The notes under the pieces: generated by a model
The model's input: the letters and a program-made list of their open reading frames with translations, nothing else
Told to the model about the DNA's origin: nothing
The model's database searches: none
In this document: piece after piece, positions 1 to 7,920 of the stretch
Position numbering within the stretch: the first letter of the stretch is position 1
Layout: every line of letters begins with the position of its first letter
Position numbers and translations under genes: made by a program
Source: a virus
Taxonomy: Duplodnaviria; Caudoviricetes
DNA length: 24,891 bases
Strand: one strand, 5' to 3'
IMG/VR virus record: IMGVR_UViG_3300048599_000119
Coordinates: 1 to 24,891 of that record

Positions 1-15
1 ACGGACGAAATTCAT
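1..15 (-). CDS. start of a gene running off the left edge (MNFVR...)
   Basis: ATG at 15-13 overlaps the TGA of the upstream gene (TGATG coupling); only 5 codons are visible. Confidence 0.4.
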
Positions 16-206
16 CAACCTCTTCCTCGACCTTTGCGCGGGTGTCCCTCTTCGTACTTGTTGTGCCCCTCGGGCGGCCTCACCAGCACGCGGCGAGCTT
101 TCTTCTTCCCGCACTTCTTGCAGCGTGCCGGCTGCTTGGCGTCCATCGCCTGGAACGCCTCAAACGTGTGGCCGCAGACGCTACACGCCAGGTCATACAG
201 TGGCAT
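15..206 (-). CDS. FmdB-family zinc-ribbon protein (63 aa)
   Basis: MPLYDLACSVCGHTFE...CKKCG matches the MPxYxYxCxxCGxxFE...CPxCG pattern; start moved to ATG 206. Confidence 0.8.
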   Translation of the reverse strand: MPLYDLACSVCGHTFEAFQAMDAKQPARCKKCGKKKARRVLVRPPEGHNKYEEGHPRKGRGRG

Positions 207-429
207 CTTTGGGAGTCTCCGGCTCTGCCTGCTGGCGTTCCACGACCACAATGTTCTTCATGTTGCGCACTCGAACTGGATTGCCGAAGCTGCTGTAGCC
301 TCCGATGTACTCCGGCGTCACCTGCATAGCGGTCATCTTGTTCAAGCCCATCTGCGAGCCGCGCCGCCACGGGTAAACGATCAGGTCGCCGGGGCGGATT
401 TCGCGGCCTAAGAAGTCGGTCGGGTTCAT
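193..429 (-). CDS. hypothetical protein (78 aa)
   Basis: ORF with AAAGGA ribosome-binding site; N-terminal DFLGREIRPGDLIVY resembles small phage beta-barrel proteins. Confidence 0.7.
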   Translation of the reverse strand: MNPTDFLGREIRPGDLIVYPWRRGSQMGLNKMTAMQVTPEYIGGYSSFGNPVRVRNMKNIVVVERQQAEPETPKDATV

Positions 430-457
430 GCTGTCCTTTCGATGGAGATAGAAATGT

Positions 458-488
458 GGTGCGACCGTCGATCAACGCGCCCCGCACC
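458..488 (-). terminator. possible stem-loop / weak terminator
   Basis: GGTGCG...CGCACC arms with an inner CGTT-GATC-GACG stem, followed by ACATTTCT on the minus strand; intergenic. Confidence 0.3.
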
Positions 489-536
489 GTGGGCCGATTC
501 CAACCCGGTAAGGAGGGTCTGGTTGCTTGACGGGCT

Positions 537-833
537 TCAGACGGCGCACCCGCCCGATGTCGCCTGGGCGATGTCTTCGGGATTGAGCGATTCGTAGAAC
601 TGGTAGTCTGCCGGCGGTTGGTAGTCGTCGGGCGGGAACTCACGGGCGTAACGCTCGGACTTCTTCAGCGCGATCTCGTCTCGTGCCGCCCGGAAGTTCG
701 CCACATGGTTCATGCGGGTCCACAGTTCTTTGCCGGGCAGCAGGCCCTCTTGCACCATGCCGCGGAACTCCGGCCAGAACTTGGGGTGAATCTGATGGCG
801 TCGGAGGATTGCATTCAGTTGTCGGATGGTCAT
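537..833 (-). CDS. hypothetical protein (98 aa)
   Basis: ORF with GGGAG ribosome-binding site, directly downstream of promoter-motif copy 1. Confidence 0.75.
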   Translation of the reverse strand: MTIRQLNAILRRHQIHPKFWPEFRGMVQEGLLPGKELWTRMNHVANFRAARDEIALKKSERYAREFPPDDYQPPADYQFYESLNPEDIAQATSGGCAV

Positions 834-868
834 GGGTCGGCTCCCGTTGCTGGCGTTGTGATTTCCCT

Positions 869-904
869 CTACCGTCTATGACGAGATGCCGGTTGGAATC
901 TGGA
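869..904 (-). promoter_or_regulatory. conserved promoter-like motif, copy 1
   Basis: minus strand TCCAGA TTCCAACCGGCATCT CGTCATA GACG GTAG, 35 nt before ATG 833. Confidence 0.8.
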
Positions 905-1015
905 CTCGGAATCTGGCTGCCGACGAATCGCTTGCAGCGCAGAGCGGCGTGAGCGTGCGGGTTCCGATGTTGACGGCTGTGCCGACGAAGACAACCACGC
1001 CTTGGGACGCTCTGC

Positions 1016-1276
1016 TCAGAAGTGCCAACCGAAGGACGTGCCATCGCAGGGCTGTACGCCCAGATCGGCGTAGGTTTCCCATGCCATGAAGGCCACGCGG
1101 TCCCAGATGCAGGGCCGCTTGGGCGGCCGTTTCTGGCTCGGGTCCAGGGCCTCGAAACGCGCGAGACGCTCCGCGGGCGTCGTGGTTTCATAGGCTCGGC
1201 GCACGGCTAGCTCGGCCGCGTGCTGCCGGAGATCGGCCAATTCCTCGGCGGTCGGTTGTTTCCTGGTGCGGCTCAT
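1016..1276 (-). CDS. hypothetical protein (86 aa)
   Basis: ATG 1276 overlaps the methyltransferase stop (ATGA). Confidence 0.65.
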   Translation of the reverse strand: MSRTRKQPTAEELADLRQHAAELAVRRAYETTTPAERLARFEALDPSQKRPPKRPCIWDRVAFMAWETYADLGVQPCDGTSFGWHF

Positions 1277-2010
1277 GCTGACCATCGCCCTTCCGAAAGT
1301 GGCCTCAGACCGTGTTCCTTGGCGATCTCGGCGCAATAGGTGGAGTTCAGTTCCACGGACACGGTGTTTCTCTTGATGCGTTTACACACGCGAATCACGG
1401 TGCCGGTCCCCGAGAACAGGTCGAGCACGTCGTCACCCTCTCGCGTGCTCAACTTGATGGCTCGCTCAACCAGCGCCTCGGGATGCTGGGTCGGATGCCA
1501 CACCCGCCGCTCCTTGGCATTGCCCACGATGCGCGGGAACTCGGTCCATGCGTCCAGGGGCACCCTCCCGCCCGCCGCAGCCCTTTTGTCGCCGTGCAAC
1601 TGCCGCCAAGACGCCACCTTGATCTGTTCCGGGTAGAGCGGCGCGTCTTTGCGGCGGAGGCGGAGGATGGGCCGATGCCCTGGGCCGCAATCCGAGTTGC
1701 GGTTCTGCCCGAAGGTGAACGTCCAAACGAAAGGCTTGACCTCCAGGTCCGGGCGTTCGGCGACGTAGTGGTAGACCCAATGCTTGACAGCCAAGTCCCA
1801 GATGGCGTTGTAGCTCAGCCAGGTCACGCCGCAGTGCGGAATCGCGGACTCCAAGACCTTTCCCAGCCAGTCCAGGTAGCCATCGCGCGGCCGTTCTTTG
1901 TAGCCGTTGTGACTCAGGCCAATGGCGTCGGGCGGGTCCATGAAGCAGCACGCGAAGTGCGGCAAGGACGGGAGCACGTCGAGACACTCGGCGTTCATCA
2001 GGGTGTGCAT
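1273..2010 (-). CDS. beta-class N4-C/N6-A DNA methyltransferase-like protein with atypical DPPD motif
   Basis: motif IV FMDPPD, HPTQHPEAL, SAM-binding VLDLFSGTGT and VELN in beta-class order. Confidence 0.85.
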   Translation of the reverse strand: MHTLMNAECLDVLPSLPHFACCFMDPPDAIGLSHNGYKERPRDGYLDWLGKVLESAIPHCGVTWLSYNAIWDLAVKHWVYHYVAERPDLEVKPFVWTFTFGQNRNSDCGPGHRPILRLRRKDAPLYPEQIKVASWRQLHGDKRAAAGGRVPLDAWTEFPRIVGNAKERRVWHPTQHPEALVERAIKLSTREGDDVLDLFSGTGTVIRVCKRIKRNTVSVELNSTYCAEIAKEHGLRPLSEGRWSA

Positions 2011-2013
2011 GGA

Positions 2014-2277
2014 TCAGTTGCCTCGATGGTGTTCCAGCCTGCGCTTGACGACAACGTAGGTGCCGATCCAGCCGCCGATGATGTAGGCCGTTACGGCGAC
2101 AAAACACCTTTCGACGATCAGGACCGTCGAAACGACGGTGCAGAGGTAGAGCAGGGCGCTGAAGTTGGCGGCCATCAGCGGCTTCTTGCTGGTCACGGCA
2201 TCGACACAGACGGTCCACACGATGTCCATGAGGAAGCCGGAGACAAATGCAAACGTCACGACGAGCAACCACGGCAT
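2014..2277 (-). CDS. small membrane protein (87 aa)
   Basis: about three hydrophobic segments ending AYIIGGWIGTY; tightly packed with neighbours. Confidence 0.75.
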   Translation of the reverse strand: MPWLLVVTFAFVSGFLMDIVWTVCVDAVTSKKPLMAANFSALLYLCTVVSTVLIVERCFVAVTAYIIGGWIGTYVVVKRRLEHHRGN

Positions 2278-2280
2278 AGA

Positions 2281-2565
2281 TCACTTCCCCTTTGCGTAGC
2301 GTTCCAGGCTGTCGAGGACGAGCCAGCCAAGCTGAGCCAGAAAGCTGCCAGCGAACCCGCAAACGAGCCACAGGAGCGGGTTCCAGCTAACGACCGGGCC
2401 GAGAGCCAGGCCACACCAGAAGCCGGCGCATTGGTAGCAGTCCATGATCCGGGCAAGGAGCGGGCAGCGTGGCTCCATCCAACGATGGACCGGCTCGCTG
2501 ATCTCGGCGTCCACGACGATGTGCGTCAGGCCGATCACGGCCAGGATGAAGAGGACCAGATTCAT
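2281..2565 (-). CDS. DUF1360-like membrane protein (94 aa)
   Basis: hydrophobic N-terminus and CYQCAGFW (CxxCxxxW) motif; ATGA-coupled start at 2565. Confidence 0.7.
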   Translation of the reverse strand: MNLVLFILAVIGLTHIVVDAEISEPVHRWMEPRCPLLARIMDCYQCAGFWCGLALGPVVSWNPLLWLVCGFAGSFLAQLGWLVLDSLERYAKGK

Positions 2566-2807
2566 TCGCAGTCCGATTGGGTTTGGTCTGTCGCGTCCCG
2601 GCAACGAACCAACGAAAGCGTGACGGTTGGGATCAGTTCGCCGGGCAGTAGTTCATCGTCGTCCTTGACGTATTCCAGGTTGACGGCGCAATCGCCGAGG
2701 TCGCGCCGATCCATGACCTGGGCCAGCTTGGCGAAGGCGTCGGCCACCTGCTCGCCGCTCATCGCCGAGGTCTTGATTCGTTCGAGTAGAAACGCTGGAA
2801 TGGGCAT
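2562..2807 (-). CDS. hypothetical protein (81 aa)
   Basis: ORF fills the gap exactly and is coupled to the downstream gene. Confidence 0.7.
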   Translation of the reverse strand: MPIPAFLLERIKTSAMSGEQVADAFAKLAQVMDRRDLGDCAVNLEYVKDDDELLPGELIPTVTLSLVRCRDATDQTQSDCE

Positions 2808-2810
2808 GGA

Positions 2811-3806
2811 TCAGTGAAAGAAGCTGGGCCGCGTGACATCGTTGAACCAGGCGTCGAGAGTCGAGCCGCTGGACATGAGCCCCACGCTCATCTCTTCCAG
2901 GACCGCACAACGGGCGTCGCTATCCTCGCGGCTCAGGGTCGAGAAAACATGCCCGCTGGTAATGGCCTGCCAGCAGGTCGCCACTTTCTGGGCAAGCATC
3001 TGCTGGTAGTCGCCCTTGACCCGGCCGCGATGGCGGGCGTAGCGGAGCGTCGGAGGATTGCCTGGCTTCGCGCAAAGCTCCTCGATCCCGAGCACCGTGT
3101 TCTCGTCGCCGATCCTCTCGCCCAGGAGCCATCCGTAGAGGCAAAGCTGGTCGGCGTACTCGTCATTGCAGAACTCCATGTAGCCGGAGTTGATCGTCAG
3201 GCCCCGGAAGTCCATCGCCTTGTACATGGCGTGCTCCTTGCCCTGGCTCCGGCTCGGCTTCTCCGACTTGAAGCCGTCCAGGCAGACGGCGTATCCCTTG
3301 GACGGTGAGGCTCCGTACTTGGAGCAATACCCTCGGACCTTCCAGTCGTAGATGCACGGGATGCGGCCTTGGCCCAAGTCCAGCACAAAGCGGCAATCCG
3401 GTTTGCCGGTGAAGGGGACGCCCTCGATCAGTCCGTCCACCTTGAACTCAAATCGCGGCGGTTCGACGGATTGCTGCAACTGTCGCAGGAGATCGTCGTA
3501 GGCACCGCAGAACTTGTAAGCCTTGAAGACGTGCTTGCCGGCCTTGAGGGCGAAGTCGCGGTTGGGCGGTTCAACCTGACTCTCGAAGATCGCCGAGAAC
3601 TCGAATTGCGGCGACATGGCCCGGCCGTAAAGGTGCCAGTTCAACTGGGCCTTGACGTAGGCGTCGAACGCGCTGCCCACCGCGGCCGGCTGCTCTTGGG
3701 GAAGCCGGGGCGCGGCGTGCTCGGCGAGGTAGCGGATGTAGAACTCGTCCTGGTCCTTGTACCAGAGGGACATCGACGAGTAGCTGAGGGACTTCGGAAT
3801 TCGCAT
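2811..3806 (-). CDS. PD-(D/E)XK (RecB-like) exonuclease
   Basis: LSYSS N-terminus, GSAFD, TGKPD, IYDWK and QLCLY motifs; start at ATG 3806. Confidence 0.8.
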   Translation of the reverse strand: MRIPKSLSYSSMSLWYKDQDEFYIRYLAEHAAPRLPQEQPAAVGSAFDAYVKAQLNWHLYGRAMSPQFEFSAIFESQVEPPNRDFALKAGKHVFKAYKFCGAYDDLLRQLQQSVEPPRFEFKVDGLIEGVPFTGKPDCRFVLDLGQGRIPCIYDWKVRGYCSKYGASPSKGYAVCLDGFKSEKPSRSQGKEHAMYKAMDFRGLTINSGYMEFCNDEYADQLCLYGWLLGERIGDENTVLGIEELCAKPGNPPTLRYARHRGRVKGDYQQMLAQKVATCWQAITSGHVFSTLSREDSDARCAVLEEMSVGLMSSGSTLDAWFNDVTRPSFFH

Positions 3807-3817
3807 GGTTAGACGGC

Positions 3818-4033
3818 TCACGCTCGCTTGCCGAACGGAATCTGGTGCCAGATTCGTTCGTGGTAATAGAAGAGGACCAACTTCACGAGGAAGCAGACGG
3901 CGGTGAACGCGACGCAACTGGTCAGGTCGCCGAACCATCCGTAGGCGAGCCCGCCGCACACAAGGTTCGAGAAGGTCTCCCACGAGACGGCCTTGACGAA
4001 GGACCGGGTGGGCGTGCTCGGGTCAGGTGTCAT
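3818..4033 (-). CDS. DUF2061-family small membrane protein
   Basis: RSFVKAVSW...LFYYHERIW signature. Confidence 0.8.
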   Translation of the reverse strand: MTPDPSTPTRSFVKAVSWETFSNLVCGGLAYGWFGDLTSCVAFTAVCFLVKLVLFYYHERIWHQIPFGKRA

Positions 4034-4629
4034 TTCCTTACCCTCCGCACCGGCTTGCTGCGGACGCCGTGATTGGCGGACTCGGCACAGTTCTCACCCA
4101 TCCAGTTGAAGAAGTACCACCGGTTGAGCCGGTCGATCACGGGGTCGTGGGCGATGTGCCGCAGATAGGTCTTCACCTCCTCCCAGGTCGAGAAGATCAT
4201 CTCGAAGGGGAGCGTGCCGAACAGCCAATCAGGCGTCTGTTCAATGCCCTGCTCGATTCGCACCAGCGCCGGCTTCTTCATCCGGTTGCCCCAGTACAGT
4301 TCCTCATAGGTGCCGCACGCATGGACGTGCAGATCGAGGTTGACGACGAGGAAGTCGCAAATATCGACCATCCGCAAATCGACCGGGCGAATTTGCTTCA
4401 TCTGGTTGCGAACGAACTCGAAGTCGCCGGCCCGTTTCGCTTTGTGGCGCAGCGCGCGGTTTTCCAGGTCTTCCACACCGATGTCGATGGGCTTCCGAGT
4501 CGGGTCGAGCCAGAGAATCTTCAAGTCTCTCAGGCTTTCGATCAGGTCTTGACGCCAGCCCACGCCGCCGTCCGTCACCCGGTCCATCGCGCCGCAGAGG
4601 TAGCCGCGATTCAGGGCGAGTCGGTTCAT
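4030..4629 (-). CDS. nucleoside 2-deoxyribosyltransferase / DNPH1(Rcl)-like nucleotide N-glycosidase
   Basis: YLCGAM...WR...LDP...DLRMVDICD...GTYEE...KKP pattern with the catalytic Glu; start at ATG 4629. Confidence 0.8.
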   Translation of the reverse strand: MNRLALNRGYLCGAMDRVTDGGVGWRQDLIESLRDLKILWLDPTRKPIDIGVEDLENRALRHKAKRAGDFEFVRNQMKQIRPVDLRMVDICDFLVVNLDLHVHACGTYEELYWGNRMKKPALVRIEQGIEQTPDWLFGTLPFEMIFSTWEEVKTYLRHIAHDPVIDRLNRWYFFNWMGENCAESANHGVRSKPVRRVRK

Positions 4630-4640
4630 TTTGGTTTTCC

Positions 4641-5312
4641 TCACGGCAGCAACTCCCTGTAGACGGACGCGCCGATGCGCGTGCAGCCGAGATCGAGGTA
4701 GAGGCAGGCGTCGGCGTAGGTCTTGATGCCCCCGCTGGCCTTGATCTGGACCCCGCGGCCCAGTTCTCTGATGGTCCGCCGCATGATTGCGACAGCCTCG
4801 GGCGTCGCCCCGCCGGGACCGAATCCCGTGGAGGTTTTCACGAAATCCACCCCCTCGCGGACGCACATCTCGCAGAGTTGCATGATCTGGCTCTCGTCCA
4901 GGCAATAGGTCTCCAGGATCGCCTTGACGAGGACGCCCTGCCTGTGGGCGACACGGACAACGCCGTCGATGCCCAGACGGTCGAACGGCGGTTCATCGAG
5001 GGAGCAGGTGCCGTCGAGGAAGTAGCTGTAGTTGCACACCACGTCCAATTCGGTTGCGCCGTTGACAATGGCTTGGCGGGCCTCGTACTGCTTGACCTCC
5101 GGCGTCGTCGTGCCGTGCGGAAAGCCGATGACCGCGCATACGCGGTCGGTGTACTGTCTGGCCAGACGCACGTTGCAGGGGGCCACGCAAACGGCGGCGA
5201 GGTTCTCCTCCTTGACGATGCGGGCCGCTGCGATCACGTCGCCGGTGGCGGCGGTGGGCTTCAAGACGGCCAAGTCCAGGGCCGCGGCAATCTGCTCTTT
5301 GGTGTAGTTCAA
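4641..5312 (-). CDS. deoC: deoxyribose-phosphate aldolase
   Basis: VCV, VIGFPHG, GATELDVV, VKAILET, FVKTSTGF (Schiff-base Lys), IKASGGI, RIGAS; TTG start overlapping the upstream stop. Confidence 0.93.
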   Translation of the reverse strand: MNYTKEQIAAALDLAVLKPTAATGDVIAAARIVKEENLAAVCVAPCNVRLARQYTDRVCAVIGFPHGTTTPEVKQYEARQAIVNGATELDVVCNYSYFLDGTCSLDEPPFDRLGIDGVVRVAHRQGVLVKAILETYCLDESQIMQLCEMCVREGVDFVKTSTGFGPGGATPEAVAIMRRTIRELGRGVQIKASGGIKTYADACLYLDLGCTRIGASVYRELLP

Positions 5313-5902
5313 AGTGCGCTCTCGGGGAGGAAGTAGTGTGGGCGAACGCCAGCGACATTGAAGACCACGATTTCGGCGTGAAACTCGACGCCGGGGAACG
5401 TGTCCAGCGGCAGGGCAATGATCGAACTGACCTTTGCCCTGCAATCCCGCATCCAGCGCCACCGGGCACTCTTGCGCCGCTGATTCAGGCGGAATCCCAT
5501 CGGCGTGAAGAGCACGGCCGGGATCGTTTCGCCAAACAAGGCGAAGGTGTGAGACAAGAACACTTCGGGATACAACCGCTTTCCATCGCACCCGTTGAAC
5601 GGCGGGTTGCAGAGAATCAGGTCGGGGCGTTCCAGACGCTCGGTGTTTTCGTACCGGCCGCGGTGGAATTCGTGGCAACGGGGCCGACGATTCACAATGT
5701 CGCAACCGATGATGCGGCAGCCTGCGTCGTACCAAGGGTCGGTTAGCCGCCCCGTGCCGATGGCGGGGTCCAACACGGTTGCCGCCTTGGTTCGATTCAG
5801 CAGTTCAAACAGGAATCGAGCCACGCCAGGCGGCGTATAAACGTCGCTCCGTTTGGGCCGGGCACGGTAGTCGTTGCGTTTGACGGTCAACGGGCTAGGC
5901 AT
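5309..5902 (-). CDS. small N6-adenine DNA methyltransferase (gamma-type motif order)
   Basis: VYTP, VLDPAIGTG (motif I), LCNPPF (motif IV). Confidence 0.85.
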   Translation of the reverse strand: MPSPLTVKRNDYRARPKRSDVYTPPGVARFLFELLNRTKAATVLDPAIGTGRLTDPWYDAGCRIIGCDIVNRRPRCHEFHRGRYENTERLERPDLILCNPPFNGCDGKRLYPEVFLSHTFALFGETIPAVLFTPMGFRLNQRRKSARWRWMRDCRAKVSSIIALPLDTFPGVEFHAEIVVFNVAGVRPHYFLPESAL

Positions 5903-6417
5903 ATCGAACCTTCAACTTCATTCCCAAAGGCGTCCCAACCGGCTCGGCGAGTGCGTGCGAACATCTCCAGGTAAGGGCCGGGAGATGCCGACTCGACGAG
6001 CCGGTAGAACTCGTCGGGTTTCTCGCTGTGTCGGCCTCGTGGCCAGGTAAACCAGGTTCCCCCGGTCGGGCCGAACGGGTTGCCGTGGCGCGGACCCTTG
6101 CGGCAGACCAGGACGTGCTCGCTGTTGCACTGGAAGCGGCCGACGCCCAGACCGGGCTTGGCCCAGGTCAGCATGTTCCACGGCTCGAAGCCCCAGGCCC
6201 TCGCCACCTCGTAGCCCCAATCGACGTGCTGATTCACCACCCACAGCCATAGATGGGCTTGCTTGGCGGCCGGCACGGGCACGGCTGCAATCTCCCGAAC
6301 GCTCATGGTCCGATACCGTCGCTGCGGTCCCGCCTTGCACGACGGGTGCCCGGCGTTGAGCGTCGGCGTCCAGGGCGGATCGGCGACGATGGTTCGGTAA
6401 TTACCGGCGGAAGGCAT
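5887..6417 (-). CDS. MT-A70 family adenine methyltransferase
   Basis: IVADPPW, LWLW, WGF, TWAK, HSEKP, LEMFAR and WDAFGNE motifs. Confidence 0.92.
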   Translation of the reverse strand: MPSAGNYRTIVADPPWTPTLNAGHPSCKAGPQRRYRTMSVREIAAVPVPAAKQAHLWLWVVNQHVDWGYEVARAWGFEPWNMLTWAKPGLGVGRFQCNSEHVLVCRKGPRHGNPFGPTGGTWFTWPRGRHSEKPDEFYRLVESASPGPYLEMFARTRRAGWDAFGNEVEGSICLAR

Positions 6418-6904
6418 GGCTTAGTTCTTGGAGTCGCTTTTCGCGGGCGTTGATATGGCCATGCCCGAAGTACGGCCAGTAGTCGTGGAGGGCCTCGTGC
6501 GCGAGCACGACGGCCGTGTCTTCGGGCGTGAACTCGACGAGGAGGCAGGTATCAAGCGTTACGCCCGGACACCAGGGGCAATTGCATCCGATGGTTTTGC
6601 CAGACTTGCCGCCGGGGTTAATCACCGGCCCCGTGAGTGGCATGAACATGACGTTCCATGCGCCGACCTTGTGGTAGCGTCGAATGGTGTAGTCCAGGAC
6701 GCCCTGCAAATCGGGGTCGTCGCAGAAGGTCCGCATCCGTCTCAGATGGGAAATACAGCGGTCGAGATACTGCTGCTCGGCTGCATGGTGTCCGGTGAAG
6801 CCGTAGTACGCGCCCCCGATGTACGGGATGCTGAGTTGCACCACGACTGCGCAGAGGACTACCCGGAGCGTCAGCTTCATCCAGTAGCGTTGGTTTGTCG
6901 TCAT
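6401..6904 (-). CDS. membrane-anchored zincin-like metallopeptidase
   Basis: N-terminal hydrophobic helix; VVLAHEALH (HExxH) with further His residues downstream. Confidence 0.6.
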   Translation of the reverse strand: MTTNQRYWMKLTLRVVLCAVVVQLSIPYIGGAYYGFTGHHAAEQQYLDRCISHLRRMRTFCDDPDLQGVLDYTIRRYHKVGAWNVMFMPLTGPVINPGGKSGKTIGCNCPWCPGVTLDTCLLVEFTPEDTAVVLAHEALHDYWPYFGHGHINAREKRLQELSHAFRR

Positions 6905-6977
6905 CGGCGCGCACCGCGAAACAGTTGGCTGATAGGAGGTTGAACGAACTAGCCGCTACTTCAGTCAGTCGAAGCCG

Positions 6978-7124
6978 TCAGAAGGCACCCTTTGCCTTGG
7001 CGATGATGGCGGCCAGGGCCACAATGCCGCAGACGGTGATGATGGCCACCGGCGCGTCGCAAGTCATGGTGACGACGACCGCGCCGGCCAGGAGCGAGAT
7101 TATCAACGTGACGATTCCGCCCAT
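6978..7124 (-). CDS. small two-helix membrane protein (48 aa, not in the ORF track)
   Basis: MGGIVTLIISLLAGAVVVTMTCDAPVAIITVCGIVALAAIIAKAKGAF; ATG is separated from the radical SAM stop by 1 nt. Confidence 0.7.
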   Translation of the reverse strand: MGGIVTLIISLLAGAVVVTMTCDAPVAIITVCGIVALAAIIAKAKGAF

Positions 7125-7125
7125 G

Positions 7126-7854
7126 TTATTCGCCTTTCATGCGCTTGATGGTTTGCACGTAGTAGGTTTCGCAGTTGCGGCACAAACGGCAAAGCGAGCC
7201 TTCAAGGCTGCCGCAGTAGGATACAAGGCGGTTGTCGCCATACTGATCCAAGACCCAGCGGATGAAGGGCGGAGTCGGGCACCAATAGGAGTTGATGTGT
7301 CGCACCCGCCACTCGTAGCACTGTCCGCCCACCGCCTGGAGCACCTCGGCCGGGACTTGCGGCTCGGCGTCGTAGTAGGCCATGAAGGTCAAGACGACCG
7401 GCACCTGATAGGACGTGTACCAAGCCACGCCGTCCTGGACCCAATGGAGATTGGTGCTGGACACTCGCAGGCGGGCGAACATCAGGTTGCGCGGCGCTCC
7501 ATTGCGGAACGGCCAGATCGGCTGTCCCACCGGCTCCTCTTCCCTCGGGTTGGCGGTCAAGACCACGGGGCCGGGGAAGTCGAACTTGGGGATCGACGTG
7601 TTGAAGAAAAGGCGGGGATAGTGTGCCGTGGAGGCAATGACGTATTCCCGCTGGTTGTTGCTGTCGTTGCCGCAGTTGACCCGCACGATGCCGTCCCGCA
7701 CTTCTTCGACGCTGGGGAAGTGGGGACGATCAATAGGCACGTAAAAAGCGCCGGGCCGGTTGTAGAAACACTGATTGCACCCAATCGGGCACGGACCGGC
7801 CTGCGGAATGCAATCGAACAGGTTGCTCTCGGCTTGCTTTGGATTGCGTTTCAT
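7126..7854 (-). CDS. radical SAM superfamily protein with an extra C-terminal Cys cluster
   Basis: CPIGCNQCFY (CxxxCxxC) near the N-terminus; C-x6-CxxCxxC at the C-terminus; GGGAGG ribosome-binding site. Confidence 0.75.
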   Translation of the reverse strand: MKRNPKQAESNLFDCIPQAGPCPIGCNQCFYNRPGAFYVPIDRPHFPSVEEVRDGIVRVNCGNDSNNQREYVIASTAHYPRLFFNTSIPKFDFPGPVVLTANPREEEPVGQPIWPFRNGAPRNLMFARLRVSSTNLHWVQDGVAWYTSYQVPVVLTFMAYYDAEPQVPAEVLQAVGGQCYEWRVRHINSYWCPTPPFIRWVLDQYGDNRLVSYCGSLEGSLCRLCRNCETYYVQTIKRMKGE

Positions 7855-7920
7855 ACGCTAGCCTCCCGGCAGTCGTCGTGTTTCAAGTGGTGTCGCAGGT
7901 GTTTTGATCCTTGACGCTCA

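Noticed and set aside
876-1082. 68-aa minus-strand ORF
   Set aside because: Overlaps the upstream gene and motif copy 1; better explained as regulatory intergenic DNA.
1312-2817. 501-aa plus-strand ORF, and similar ones at 6895-7914, 13109-14659 and 21266-22588
   Set aside because: Antisense to genes with clear motifs; no recognisable domains.
2811-3806. Cas4 or a CRISPR association for the nuclease
   Set aside because: No four-Cys Fe-S pattern recognised, no other cas genes and no repeat-spacer array in the window.
4641-5735. Long N-terminal extensions in the ORF track (DeoC 364 aa, also glycosidase 291, sigma 281, ParB 423, ligase 420, nuclease 390)
   Set aside because: The extensions overlap upstream genes in other frames; coupled or RBS-supported downstream starts fit the domain boundaries, so these are not fusions.
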